Assembly (NCBI GenBank): GCA_963826535.1
Contig: CAWGXL010000011.1
Location: forward strand, 192,809-256,808
DNA length: 64,000 nucleotides
Reading direction: 5' to 3'
Origin: an uncultured bacterium
GTDB taxonomy: Bacteria > Patescibacteriota > Microgenomatia > Levybacterales > UBA12049
Positions 46,697 through 55,098 of this stretch are shown piece by piece (positions within the stretch are counted from its first letter, which is position 1; each line of letters opens with the position of its first letter). A program made the translations under genes and the position numbers. The notes under the pieces are model-generated. The model did no database searches. It had not been told where the DNA came from and was given only the letters and a program-made list of their open reading frames with translations.

Positions 46697-46980
46697 TATT
46701 TTTCACCTCCTTTCAAACGATTATAAAGCGCAATTTCTTTCTTATCCGCTTGATATGCTGTAATAGGATAATATCTCCCATTACCTTGTGTCTCCAGTAC
46801 TACTGCCAATATTTGATTTTCTTCAGTCGGACCCAGAAGTACTAATCGTCCTTTTTGCTGGCCAAGTAGTACCAATGGTGATCCATAGCAAACTGCTTCT
46901 ACTTTTTCCGGAACAATCTTATGATTCGCTATATGCTGCACATTCCAAGAATCCCAGATTAGTTTACGTATTAAGAGCAC
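46696..46980 (-). CDS. brnT: BrnT-family (DUF497) ribonuclease toxin
   Basis: WDSWNVQHIANHKI is the WDxxNxxHIxxHxV BrnT signature. Confidence 0.65.
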   Translation of the reverse strand: MLLIRKLIWDSWNVQHIANHKIVPEKVEAVCYGSPLVLLGQQKGRLVLLGPTEENQILAVVLETQGNGRYYPITAYQADKKEIALYNRLKGGEK

Positions 46981-47094
46981 ATTTTTATTGTAACACGATG
47001 CGTTACATAGTCAAGGGTTAGGTGAAAAATCCACTTCGAAGTTGGCAATTCTTTCAGCCCACTCAAAAACTTGAATTGAAGTGGTATAATTGTA

Positions 47095-47298
47095 TTGGAG
47101 GAAAAAGTTATGGAAAAGGAAGTGATAGGTGCAGCAGCTTTTGAAACTGTAGCGGCTTCAGATGTAGCAGGAGTAGAAAGTAGTGCCGGTGACGCAGGAG
47201 CTACAGAAGTAGGAGTTGGCGGGGGAGATTTTTTGGGGTTATTATTTTTTGGGTTCGCTTTGTATCTATTAAGTTCGATGACTTCTAATAGTAGATAA
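47095..47298 (+). CDS. Small protein (67 aa) with an Ala/Gly/Val-rich acidic N-terminus and a hydrophobic C-terminal helix
   Basis: ORF with locally elevated GC. No homology recognised. Confidence 0.2.
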   Translation: MEEKVMEKEVIGAAAFETVAASDVAGVESSAGDAGATEVGVGGGDFLGLLFFGFALYLLSSMTSNSR

Positions 47299-47345
47299 AT
47301 CAGAATATTTATTGCCGATGGGAATGAAATTCTACAATTAAGTTT

Positions 47346-48032
47346 CTAAAAAGGGATAGTGGGGTCTGTTCCGGGAGAATTATTTACAAAATGATTTCTG
47401 TAAATGCACAATTTGCAGGCTTCTGAAGGGATGGGTAATGGGCCATTTAATACTTCTGAAATTGATTTAATTAAAGTATAAAAACTTTGCATATTTTCTT
47501 CTATCGGATGCCAGGTTGGTTTAGCGGTAAAGAGTATTTTTCCATCTACGAGTTCCATTTGTTCAGGGTTTATACTGACTACTCCCATTCTTGAGATTTT
47601 AATTGGAGGCTTTCCATTATTGGGATTCTCGAGGGCATATTTGTAAGCATGGAGTTGAGATGCGTATTTTTGAATTTTTTCTTCGTCGGGTGTGGTGATT
47701 TTGAAATCAATGACTGTATAACTTCCGTCGTCCAACTTTGTGAGTATATCAAATCGGCCTGAGACAAAACAATCTTTTGTTCCCGGTATAGGGAGTGATT
47801 TTATAAATCCTTCTTGTATTTCTATGAGTCCTGATGGAAGAGTTGGATGGACATCTTTAAGATTCTTACCCATGATCGAGTTTTGAAGGAGACCGTTTAT
47901 TCTTCCAAACATAGAGGGGAATATACCGCTGGAGGAAATACCAAATTTTACTTTTTGATAATAGCAATGTTTACATTCTTCCCAAAGGTAGGAAAAATCA
48001 GAAGGGCTTAATTTATATAATTTAGGATTCAT
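47346..48032 (-). CDS. PD-(D/E)xK nuclease of the Cas4/RecB-like clade with a 4-Cys cluster
   Basis: N-terminal LSPSDFSYLWEECKHCYY (Cas4 S-x-S...C motif). GRFDIL ... VIDFKIT (D...D/ExK). QLHAYKYAL (QxxxY). C-terminal CKLC. Confidence 0.5.
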   Translation of the reverse strand: MNPKLYKLSPSDFSYLWEECKHCYYQKVKFGISSSGIFPSMFGRINGLLQNSIMGKNLKDVHPTLPSGLIEIQEGFIKSLPIPGTKDCFVSGRFDILTKLDDGSYTVIDFKITTPDEEKIQKYASQLHAYKYALENPNNGKPPIKISRMGVVSINPEQMELVDGKILFTAKPTWHPIEENMQSFYTLIKSISEVLNGPLPIPSEACKLCIYRNHFVNNSPGTDPTIPF

Positions 48033-48128
48033 ACTTAACAGTAACTACTGCAGAGATTATTATACTATAAGTTGTGGAGAAAAGCTAATTCCAGAGTTTT
48101 TGGAGTTGGGAGAGGGTTTGCTTCAGTC

Positions 48129-48247
48129 CTGGCAGGGTGAGTCTTTTTGGTTTTAATCAGATGCAGGTGATTGTAAGTGGGGAGTATTCTGAGTGCAATA
48201 AAGCGATTACGATTGACAATCAATCCAATATACAACTGCTCAGGTAA
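48129..48247. repeat. About 120-bp direct repeat, copy 1, upstream (minus-strand sense) of the Cas4-like nuclease gene
   Basis: GGTGAGTCTTTTTGGTTTTAATCAGATGCAGGTGATTGTAAGTGG ... GCGATTACGATTGACAATCAATCC. About 90% identical to 49093-49213 with small non-triplet indels. Confidence 0.6.
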
Positions 48248-48322
48248 CCACAGCAAGTATATTGGGAATATAAAGCTACCAAGCTAATTCAAGTCGAAGG
48301 TTGTAATTTAAGCGGCATTATT

Positions 48323-48832
48323 TTATATAATACCCTTACTTTTTAATTCTTGAAACATTGTTATCGATCTTTCAACACCCGACATCTTAAGAGCTTCAAT
48401 ATCTTTACCTTCTTTTAATTCTTTTATAGCTATATAAGCAAAATTTTGGGTCACTCTGGGTTCCATTTTTTTAGTAACGAGAAGCGTTTTGACTTGCCCA
48501 TCATCTTTATAAAATTTTCCATTTAAAACATCCAGTATGGTCTTAGCCATATTGTCTACATCTCGCGATTTATAGTCTTTTTGTGATACGAAATACTGAA
48601 CTATAAAAACAAAAACCTCTTTGTCTGTAGGAAATTGCTTTGTGTGTTTTAAGTCGCTTTCTACTCTTTGAAGAAAAGTTTGTCTGAATGTCCCCAAGCC
48701 GCTTTTTTCATCTTTTCTTCTTGCCTCAGAAAAATTGTCCTTTTTAAAGGCTTCTTGAGTTGAAGGAATAATCATATCAATGCCGATATCAAAATCTACA
48801 GAAGTTTTAATATTTGCATTTTTCCTCGCCAT
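48323..48832 (-). CDS. RusA-like Holliday-junction resolvase (phage-type)
   Basis: SRDVDNMAKTILDVLNGKFYKDDGQV parallels E. coli RusA [27 protein letters not shown]. Confidence 0.5.
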   Translation of the reverse strand: MARKNANIKTSVDFDIGIDMIIPSTQEAFKKDNFSEARRKDEKSGLGTFRQTFLQRVESDLKHTKQFPTDKEVFVFIVQYFVSQKDYKSRDVDNMAKTILDVLNGKFYKDDGQVKTLLVTKKMEPRVTQNFAYIAIKELKEGKDIEALKMSGVERSITMFQELKSKGII

Positions 48833-48842
48833 TGGGGATATT

Positions 48843-49007
48843 TCAGGCTGTAATAAATGTGTAGAGCCTTACGCCTGTTTTGGTATTTTCTCTTTCTACT
48901 TTCTTTTCGGGTATTTCTTTACCTTCTTTTGTATAGAATGAAACTTTTGCCGGATTGTTTTTGTATTTTGTAGCTATAAAATAAACTTCTTTTTTTAACT
49001 TTTTCAT
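48843..49007 (-). CDS. Small hypothetical protein (54 aa) upstream of the RusA-like gene
   Basis: ORF below the track cut-off: MKKLKKEVYFIATKYKNNPAKVSFYTKEGKEIPEKKVERENTKTGVRLYTFITA. Confidence 0.2.
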   Translation of the reverse strand: MKKLKKEVYFIATKYKNNPAKVSFYTKEGKEIPEKKVERENTKTGVRLYTFITA

Positions 49008-49092
49008 AGTGTAGTTTATAGTATATAAGTATTTAGATAAAAATCAAGGCCTCTTACTGTTTTCAAACAAAATTTCGATGGTGCAGTTGTGT

Positions 49093-49213
49093 CTGGCAGC
49101 AGGGGTGAGTCTTTTTGGTTTTAATCAGATGCAGGTGATTGTAAGTGGAGTATTCTGCGTGCAATAAAGCGATTACGATTGATAATCAATCCAACATCCA
49201 ACTGCTAAGGTAA
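49093..49213. repeat. About 120-bp direct repeat, copy 2, between the hsdR 3' end and the small ORF/RusA cassette
   Basis: See copy 1. Contains the small hairpin GATTGA-TAA-TCAATC. Confidence 0.6.
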
Positions 49214-49312
49214 GTTCAACAAGTAAATATAGAATTATTTTATAAAGAAGAAAAGGTGCGAAGCTATTTCAGATGGATGGTGCAGTTATTTTAAATATTC
49301 GTTTTAATAATT

Positions 49313-52300
49313 TTATGCACCAACAAAGCTTGTTGAATCATGATAGTGCTCATAAACAAAGTTATATATTTCTACTCCTTTACTATCACAGTCTTGTTTT
49401 GAATAAGTCGGTTCAGGTAGTGAATCATATAGAATATCAGAAATTGTTGTTTTAACTCCTGCGCGAGCTATCTCTTTTTCTCTCCAATCAATGACAAGCT
49501 TTTCATGTTTAAGTTTTGCTAAAAGATCTTTTGCAATCTTTTTTACTTTTTCTCGCTCATCAGGATTCAAGTTATCCTTTTGTAGAAGATCAAAAATTGC
49601 GAGTTCCTCTTCAGTCAAATTTTCTTTTACTGCTCTTTGTTCTTCTTCGCTTAACTCTTTCGCAAGTTCAACGAGGTCATCGAAAAGCTGATCGATATCA
49701 TGAGCTCCGGTGTTATACACATTTAGCATTGCCAAAAGTCTGTCCATGAACTTTGCACGTATTTTATTTTTTTTCATCATATCGATAATCTTTTTTTCCA
49801 GATCATCTCTTAGTGCCTCAACTTGTAAGTTTTTATTTTCAATCTTGTAAAAGAATTCATGTAAAGCATCGACATCGAGTGCGCTTAAATCCTTGAGTCT
49901 TTTATAATGTGGGACAACGTATTCACCAGCTCTAATTGACTTATCCAATAATAATTCCAAGTCTCTTTTTACCGGTGAAGTATCAATACTTCGAGCGCCA
50001 ACGTCTCTTATGCGCGAAGCAATTATACGAATTGCGGTTACCTCATTGTAATAATCTTCTGCTGAAGGATCAGGTAAAACAGATTTGTAGGCAGAATAAA
50101 GGTCTGCTGACAGGTTTAAAAATTCATTCTTTCTTTTTTGATCCACTAAAATTTGGTTGGCGTATTTATCGATAAGCAATAATTTCTGTTCATTAGGTGA
50201 TTTAAGCAAAACTTCAATATCTATTTTTAATCCTTTAAGCATTTCTTTAGTTTGCTTTAAAATATTTAACAAATCTTTCAAAAGCTCATCTTTACTTTTG
50301 ATTATTTCATCGTCTCCTGACTTGGTCGCAGCATAAAGGGCTAATGCTTTTTCAACGTTCTTAAAGACTCCAATATAATCAACTATCATGCCGTTTGTTT
50401 TCCCTTCGGATACCCGATTTGCTCTCGCAATTGCTTGCATCAAGGTATGATTTTTTAAAGGCTTGTCAAGATAAAGTGTTGAAAGCGTCGGGACATCAAA
50501 ACCGGTTAGCCACATTGCGCAAACAAATACAATTTTTAGATTGCTATCATCTTTCTTGAATTCTTCTTCAAGGTTTTCATTCTGTATTCGAGCTCGAAGC
50601 GGTCTCATTTCTATTTCAAACGGTTCAAGATCAGCAATTTCATTCTGTGATTGACTTACGACGACAGCCATATCTATTTTTTCAAGTTTTTCAATTTCTT
50701 CACGAATTTTCTCTTGCTCAAAATCATTCTCTGCTCTTGATAAATCCAACCGCAATTTAGCTAAATGCCTATCCCATTCAGCTTTTACTTTTGTATACAT
50801 ACGCACTGTTGTTTTTTTATCGATTGAGACGACCATTGCTTTTCCCTGATAACCCCGTCCGACAAAATGCTGCACAATATCCCTTGCTATCGCATTTAAT
50901 CTGTCTTCACGGGTTATCAAATGATAGAAAGTTGAAAATTCCTGTTCTACCTTTTCCTCTTCCTCATCGTTCATTTCGTAGTAATTCATTATTTTGCCAA
51001 GTTCTACTTCAAGCTGTGGGTTGATATTCTCAAGTTTGGCTACGCGATTTTCATAATATAAAGGAACCGTTGACCCATCTTTTACTGATTGACCAAAATT
51101 ATATACGGACACATATTCTCCAAAAGTACTCTTTGTTTTTTCTTCACCACGACTTAAAAGTGGAGTTCCTGTAAAACCAATAAATGAAGCATTTGGTAGT
51201 GCTTTTCTCATGTTCTGGGCGTAAGTATCGTATTGGCTTCTATGAGCCTCATCCGTCATAACAATAACATCATCCCGATCTGACACCGCTCCTGGGATAT
51301 CCTGAAACTTCTGAATAGTCGTAAAAATTTGTCTGTGATCCTCTTTTAGTAATAATTTTAAATCTTTAATTGAATCAGCCCTTACATGTTTTTCATAAAC
51401 TGCACCCACGTTGGCAAAATTTTTATATGCTTGGCCATCGAGTTGTTCGCGATCAGTAACAATAATAAAAGTAAAATTCCCAGGAATTTTTCTGAATACT
51501 TTTTGTGAGAGATAAACCATAGCAAAAGATTTTCCAGATCCCTGTGTATGCCAAAAAACTCCAAGTTTTCCGTTGAGTTCTTTTCTCTTTATAACTCTTT
51601 CAAATGCACGATTGACTCCGTAGTACTGAAAATACCTGGGAACTATTTTTTTAGTTTCTCCAAGTGATTCATCATAAAGAATAAAGTTTTCAAATATATC
51701 AAGAAGTCTTTTTTTGTCACAAATTCCTTTGACAAGAGTAGCTAAATCTTTTTTTGTCTCATCTTTTTCAGATTCAACTTTTTTCCACTCGTTAAAATAT
51801 TCAAAAGGGGATGTTAGGGAACCAAATTTATTCTCAATGCCATTGGAAATTACGATTCCCATGTTGTACCAGAAGAGGTGTGGAATGGTGTCTTTATAAT
51901 CCCGGATATTGTCTTTATACGCATCTACCAAACTTTTATGAGAGGCTTTTAGCTCTAATAGAAGGAGGGGAATACCATTAACAAAAAGAACTACATCTGT
52001 TCGTCTCGTGTACATCTCGCCCACCACCCATAGCTGGGAAACACAAAGAAAATTATTGTTTTCAGGGATTTCAAAATCAAAAAACTTCACATTCTCAATT
52101 TTTGAATTTCCATCTTGTGTTTTTATGTTTACGCTGAATCCATCTTTTAATAGTTTGTAGACTTCTTGGTTGGCTTTAACTAAAGTTGTATTTGATCTGT
52201 CTCTGGTTATCTCAGCAACTGACTGTTGCAAGGCTTTTTCAGGTAATGATGGGTTTATTTTGGTTAGAGCAGGGAGTAAATACTTTTTGAGGATTACTTC

Positions 52301-52438
52301 GCCGCGGTGTTCCCGGCCAAACTTTGCGTCTTCCGCGTCTATAAAAGCATTTATATGACAGGTTTCATCAGTCCACGCTTCTTTAATGAGTTTTATGACT
52401 GTTTGTTCAACTAAATTGTCTTCGCTAAATTGATTCAT
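49313..52438 (-). CDS. hsdR: Type I restriction enzyme R subunit
   Basis: HsdR N-terminal domain. Walker A HTQGSGKS. DEAH (MTDEAHRSQY). Helicase motifs throughout. 1041 aa. Confidence 0.9.
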   Translation of the reverse strand: MNQFSEDNLVEQTVIKLIKEAWTDETCHINAFIDAEDAKFGREHRGEVILKKYLLPALTKINPSLPEKALQQSVAEITRDRSNTTLVKANQEVYKLLKDGFSVNIKTQDGNSKIENVKFFDFEIPENNNFLCVSQLWVVGEMYTRRTDVVLFVNGIPLLLLELKASHKSLVDAYKDNIRDYKDTIPHLFWYNMGIVISNGIENKFGSLTSPFEYFNEWKKVESEKDETKKDLATLVKGICDKKRLLDIFENFILYDESLGETKKIVPRYFQYYGVNRAFERVIKRKELNGKLGVFWHTQGSGKSFAMVYLSQKVFRKIPGNFTFIIVTDREQLDGQAYKNFANVGAVYEKHVRADSIKDLKLLLKEDHRQIFTTIQKFQDIPGAVSDRDDVIVMTDEAHRSQYDTYAQNMRKALPNASFIGFTGTPLLSRGEEKTKSTFGEYVSVYNFGQSVKDGSTVPLYYENRVAKLENINPQLEVELGKIMNYYEMNDEEEEKVEQEFSTFYHLITREDRLNAIARDIVQHFVGRGYQGKAMVVSIDKKTTVRMYTKVKAEWDRHLAKLRLDLSRAENDFEQEKIREEIEKLEKIDMAVVVSQSQNEIADLEPFEIEMRPLRARIQNENLEEEFKKDDSNLKIVFVCAMWLTGFDVPTLSTLYLDKPLKNHTLMQAIARANRVSEGKTNGMIVDYIGVFKNVEKALALYAATKSGDDEIIKSKDELLKDLLNILKQTKEMLKGLKIDIEVLLKSPNEQKLLLIDKYANQILVDQKRKNEFLNLSADLYSAYKSVLPDPSAEDYYNEVTAIRIIASRIRDVGARSIDTSPVKRDLELLLDKSIRAGEYVVPHYKRLKDLSALDVDALHEFFYKIENKNLQVEALRDDLEKKIIDMMKKNKIRAKFMDRLLAMLNVYNTGAHDIDQLFDDLVELAKELSEEEQRAVKENLTEEELAIFDLLQKDNLNPDEREKVKKIAKDLLAKLKHEKLVIDWREKEIARAGVKTTISDILYDSLPEPTYSKQDCDSKGVEIYNFVYEHYHDSTSFVGA

Positions 52439-53957
52439 TTTCTGATATTTCTGGTAGGTACTTTTTCAATACGTCCACCATGGAATTCTTTTTATCGCCT
52501 GAGGTCAAAAAAGATAAAATTAGATTTTGATAGCCATTTTTAGCTAGCTCAAGATCAGTTTGAATTTCTTTTACAAGTCCTTTGTGAGGATAAGATTTTA
52601 ATATTTCAACTATATCTGCGTCATCTGAAGGTAGGTTAATTTTCTCCATTTCAGTATCCATCTCCGAAATAATACTTTTTTTGAAAGATTCGTAATCAGT
52701 CTTAGATTTCAAGGCTCCAAATTTTTCATCAAAAAGCCTATTTATTCTATACTTTGAAGCACTAAATAAAACTTCGTCCTTTCGTTGTTTGTATATACTT
52801 TTTATTTTTTCAGTCACCTGTGCTTTCTTATCGGTTTTTGACAAATGTTGAAGCACAAAATCAATGAACTCTGGAACCAGGAATATATTCTCAATTTCAT
52901 TTAAAGCAATGTTAAAAATAGATTCGGATTTTAAAGACTCTAGTTGGTTATCTGATCTAAAATCTCTATCTATTAAACCAAACACTTTTTTGTCGTGCAG
53001 AGATGTATTATTTCTAAGTCCTTTGACTGATTCGATAACTTTTTCACCCGAACCTCTGGCAATTACTGTGAAATTTTCGTAGTAAATCTGGTAAATTTGA
53101 GAATCAAGCGAACCTTTGTCACCCTCTACGAATAAAATTGGCTTCCTGCTTCCAAGAATCTCAAGGAAAAGTTCATCCGGGATAATTCCATTTTGGTCAA
53201 CTTCTTTCCACTCCCATGTGTTTTCTTTAAATGATTGAACCCATATGACTTTGCTGGCGGGTTTACTTACAGCAAAATCTAAATCGTGTGTTATGTAAAC
53301 AAATGAACAATCACTCCGGAATTCTTCAAGTTTGTTCCATAACCGTACCATTAACGCTTTATGTAAATGCAATTCGGGCTCATCAATTATCAGAATGCAG
53401 TTATCTTCAGCTAAGACGGTCTGAGATATTAAATACAAACCCACTTTTTCCCCATCACTCATTTCAGCTCCAGAATATTCGTTATTATCGCTTACCGCTC
53501 GAATACGATCTTTTTCCAACTTTAGCGGCCTGTAAGGGAAAATAAAATTCCAAACCTCCAAAACTTTTTCCTTAACGGAAACTGGTGTATCTTCTTTAGT
53601 AATACTGCCATTTAGATTTATGCTTTTAATTACCTCCTCATTTCTTGTTGCTTCTTGAGCAAATAACGAGATTAAGACTTGTTGATAATCATTTTGAGGC
53701 TCTACTGGGGGATGATTTTTATAACTGCTTCTTAATTGAGTATTTGCCGTCTCATAATCTTGCCTTTGTACTACCTCAGACAATTGTAAATATCTTTGGG
53801 CGGATATTCGTTTTGTAGGGTTGTTAATCTGTTCAAGCTTAGAGCCCAACCTGGTTTTCCCAGCCCCGTTTGCCCCAACTATTACTATGTTTTTTTCAAA
53901 TTCGAAAGATTCCACGACTGAGGATACGCCAGATTTAGGAAATTGAATAGTTTTCAT
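52425..53957 (-). CDS. ABC-type ATPase (AAA_15/21-like) fused to a C-terminal TOPRIM (DUF4435/OLD-like) domain, inserted between hsdS and hsdR
   Basis: Walker A VGANGAGKT. Walker B/D-loop ILIIDEPELHLH. C-terminal LFVEGDKGSLDS and FGLIDRDFRSD (TOPRIM Glu and DxD). Overlaps hsdR by 14 nt and hsdS by 4 nt. Confidence 0.6.
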   Translation of the reverse strand: MKTIQFPKSGVSSVVESFEFEKNIVIVGANGAGKTRLGSKLEQINNPTKRISAQRYLQLSEVVQRQDYETANTQLRSSYKNHPPVEPQNDYQQVLISLFAQEATRNEEVIKSINLNGSITKEDTPVSVKEKVLEVWNFIFPYRPLKLEKDRIRAVSDNNEYSGAEMSDGEKVGLYLISQTVLAEDNCILIIDEPELHLHKALMVRLWNKLEEFRSDCSFVYITHDLDFAVSKPASKVIWVQSFKENTWEWKEVDQNGIIPDELFLEILGSRKPILFVEGDKGSLDSQIYQIYYENFTVIARGSGEKVIESVKGLRNNTSLHDKKVFGLIDRDFRSDNQLESLKSESIFNIALNEIENIFLVPEFIDFVLQHLSKTDKKAQVTEKIKSIYKQRKDEVLFSASKYRINRLFDEKFGALKSKTDYESFKKSIISEMDTEMEKINLPSDDADIVEILKSYPHKGLVKEIQTDLELAKNGYQNLILSFLTSGDKKNSMVDVLKKYLPEISENESI

Positions 53958-55096
53958 GATTTTAATTCCCTCATTCCTGTCACAAGCTGAGGGATAAGTA
54001 TATCACAAATTTTTTCCAGGCTATAACTCTGTGCTTCAAGGTTATCTCGTAAATTGAAAATTTTTTGGACATTTATAGTAAATTGATTAAGTAGGCTGTT
54101 AGGCGGAACTATTATCTTTTTACCATATACATAGCTTCTATTAAGCCCTGGTACTGCTGCGTCTCCGGCAATATAACTTTGAGATTTTAAAAGATAATAA
54201 ATGAATTCTAAGTTCAAAGATGATTTAACATAATAAGTGGTGTCAATTGGATAAAAGTCATTTTTAACCCAAAATACAGAGCCTATATTGCCCTTTCTGC
54301 CTATTACAATTCCCGGTCCCGGAACAAATTTTTCGTTATGAAAACCAACTCTACCACTAGAACCATATACAGAAATATTTCCGTTAACTCTTGAGTCTTC
54401 TTTTAATGCTTTTCCATATGCAAGCTCTAATATATCACTGAGCTTCTTAACTTCCCACCCTTCTGGTATTTTGCCTAGAAGAGAATCGATCATTTTTACA
54501 TTTTCATGCCCGGGGAAATTGAATTTTATGAACCATTCTGTATAAAGCGTTTGTGCCATTTCCTCCAAAATCTTTATCCGCTTTTCGTTGTTTTCAATTA
54601 AATCGTTGTAGGCAGAAAGGACAGAAGAAATTTGAACTTGGGTTTTCAGATCAGGTAGATTTATAATTATATTTCTTAAATCTTCGAGTCTAATACCTGT
54701 AACTGTTGACCCATTCCCTATGTTTTGTAACTTAATTCCTGAATAAATTAAAGTCCAAAGTAAAAAATCATTATTAATTTTCTCATTAGGGTAAACTGCT
54801 TTTAAATCTTGATTTATTGCAGTACCAATTGTTGTTTTTACTACACGTCCCAATCCCATCCTAGTTGGCATTACTATGGTTCCAGCACTGACGAAATTTG
54901 AGGCACTATTATCTAAACCTTCTTGAGTAATATAATCTTGAGTTGAATCTAAATAATATCTGCCGTCTTCAAAGTCTTTAACACTTGCCCAAGGAATTGC
55001 ACCTCCCCAATATTGTAGATTACTTTTTGATGGAGTCCCCCCTCCTACAACCTTCTCTAACACATCTCCTAATTTTTGTTTTGTCCAAGTTGTCAT
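53954..55096 (-). CDS. hsdS: Type I restriction-modification specificity subunit (two target-recognition domains)
   Basis: N-terminal WTKQKLGDVLEKVVGGGTPSKSNLQYWGGAIPWASVKDF and a repeated central/C-terminal conserved region. 380 aa. Confidence 0.8.
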   Translation of the reverse strand: MTTWTKQKLGDVLEKVVGGGTPSKSNLQYWGGAIPWASVKDFEDGRYYLDSTQDYITQEGLDNSASNFVSAGTIVMPTRMGLGRVVKTTIGTAINQDLKAVYPNEKINNDFLLWTLIYSGIKLQNIGNGSTVTGIRLEDLRNIIINLPDLKTQVQISSVLSAYNDLIENNEKRIKILEEMAQTLYTEWFIKFNFPGHENVKMIDSLLGKIPEGWEVKKLSDILELAYGKALKEDSRVNGNISVYGSSGRVGFHNEKFVPGPGIVIGRKGNIGSVFWVKNDFYPIDTTYYVKSSLNLEFIYYLLKSQSYIAGDAAVPGLNRSYVYGKKIIVPPNSLLNQFTINVQKIFNLRDNLEAQSYSLEKICDILIPQLVTGMRELKS

Positions 55097-55098
55097 TG

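Noticed and set aside
49273-49455. 60-aa plus-strand ORF overlapping the hsdR 3' end
   Set aside because: It overlaps the conserved hsdR C-terminus on the opposite strand and has no independent support.
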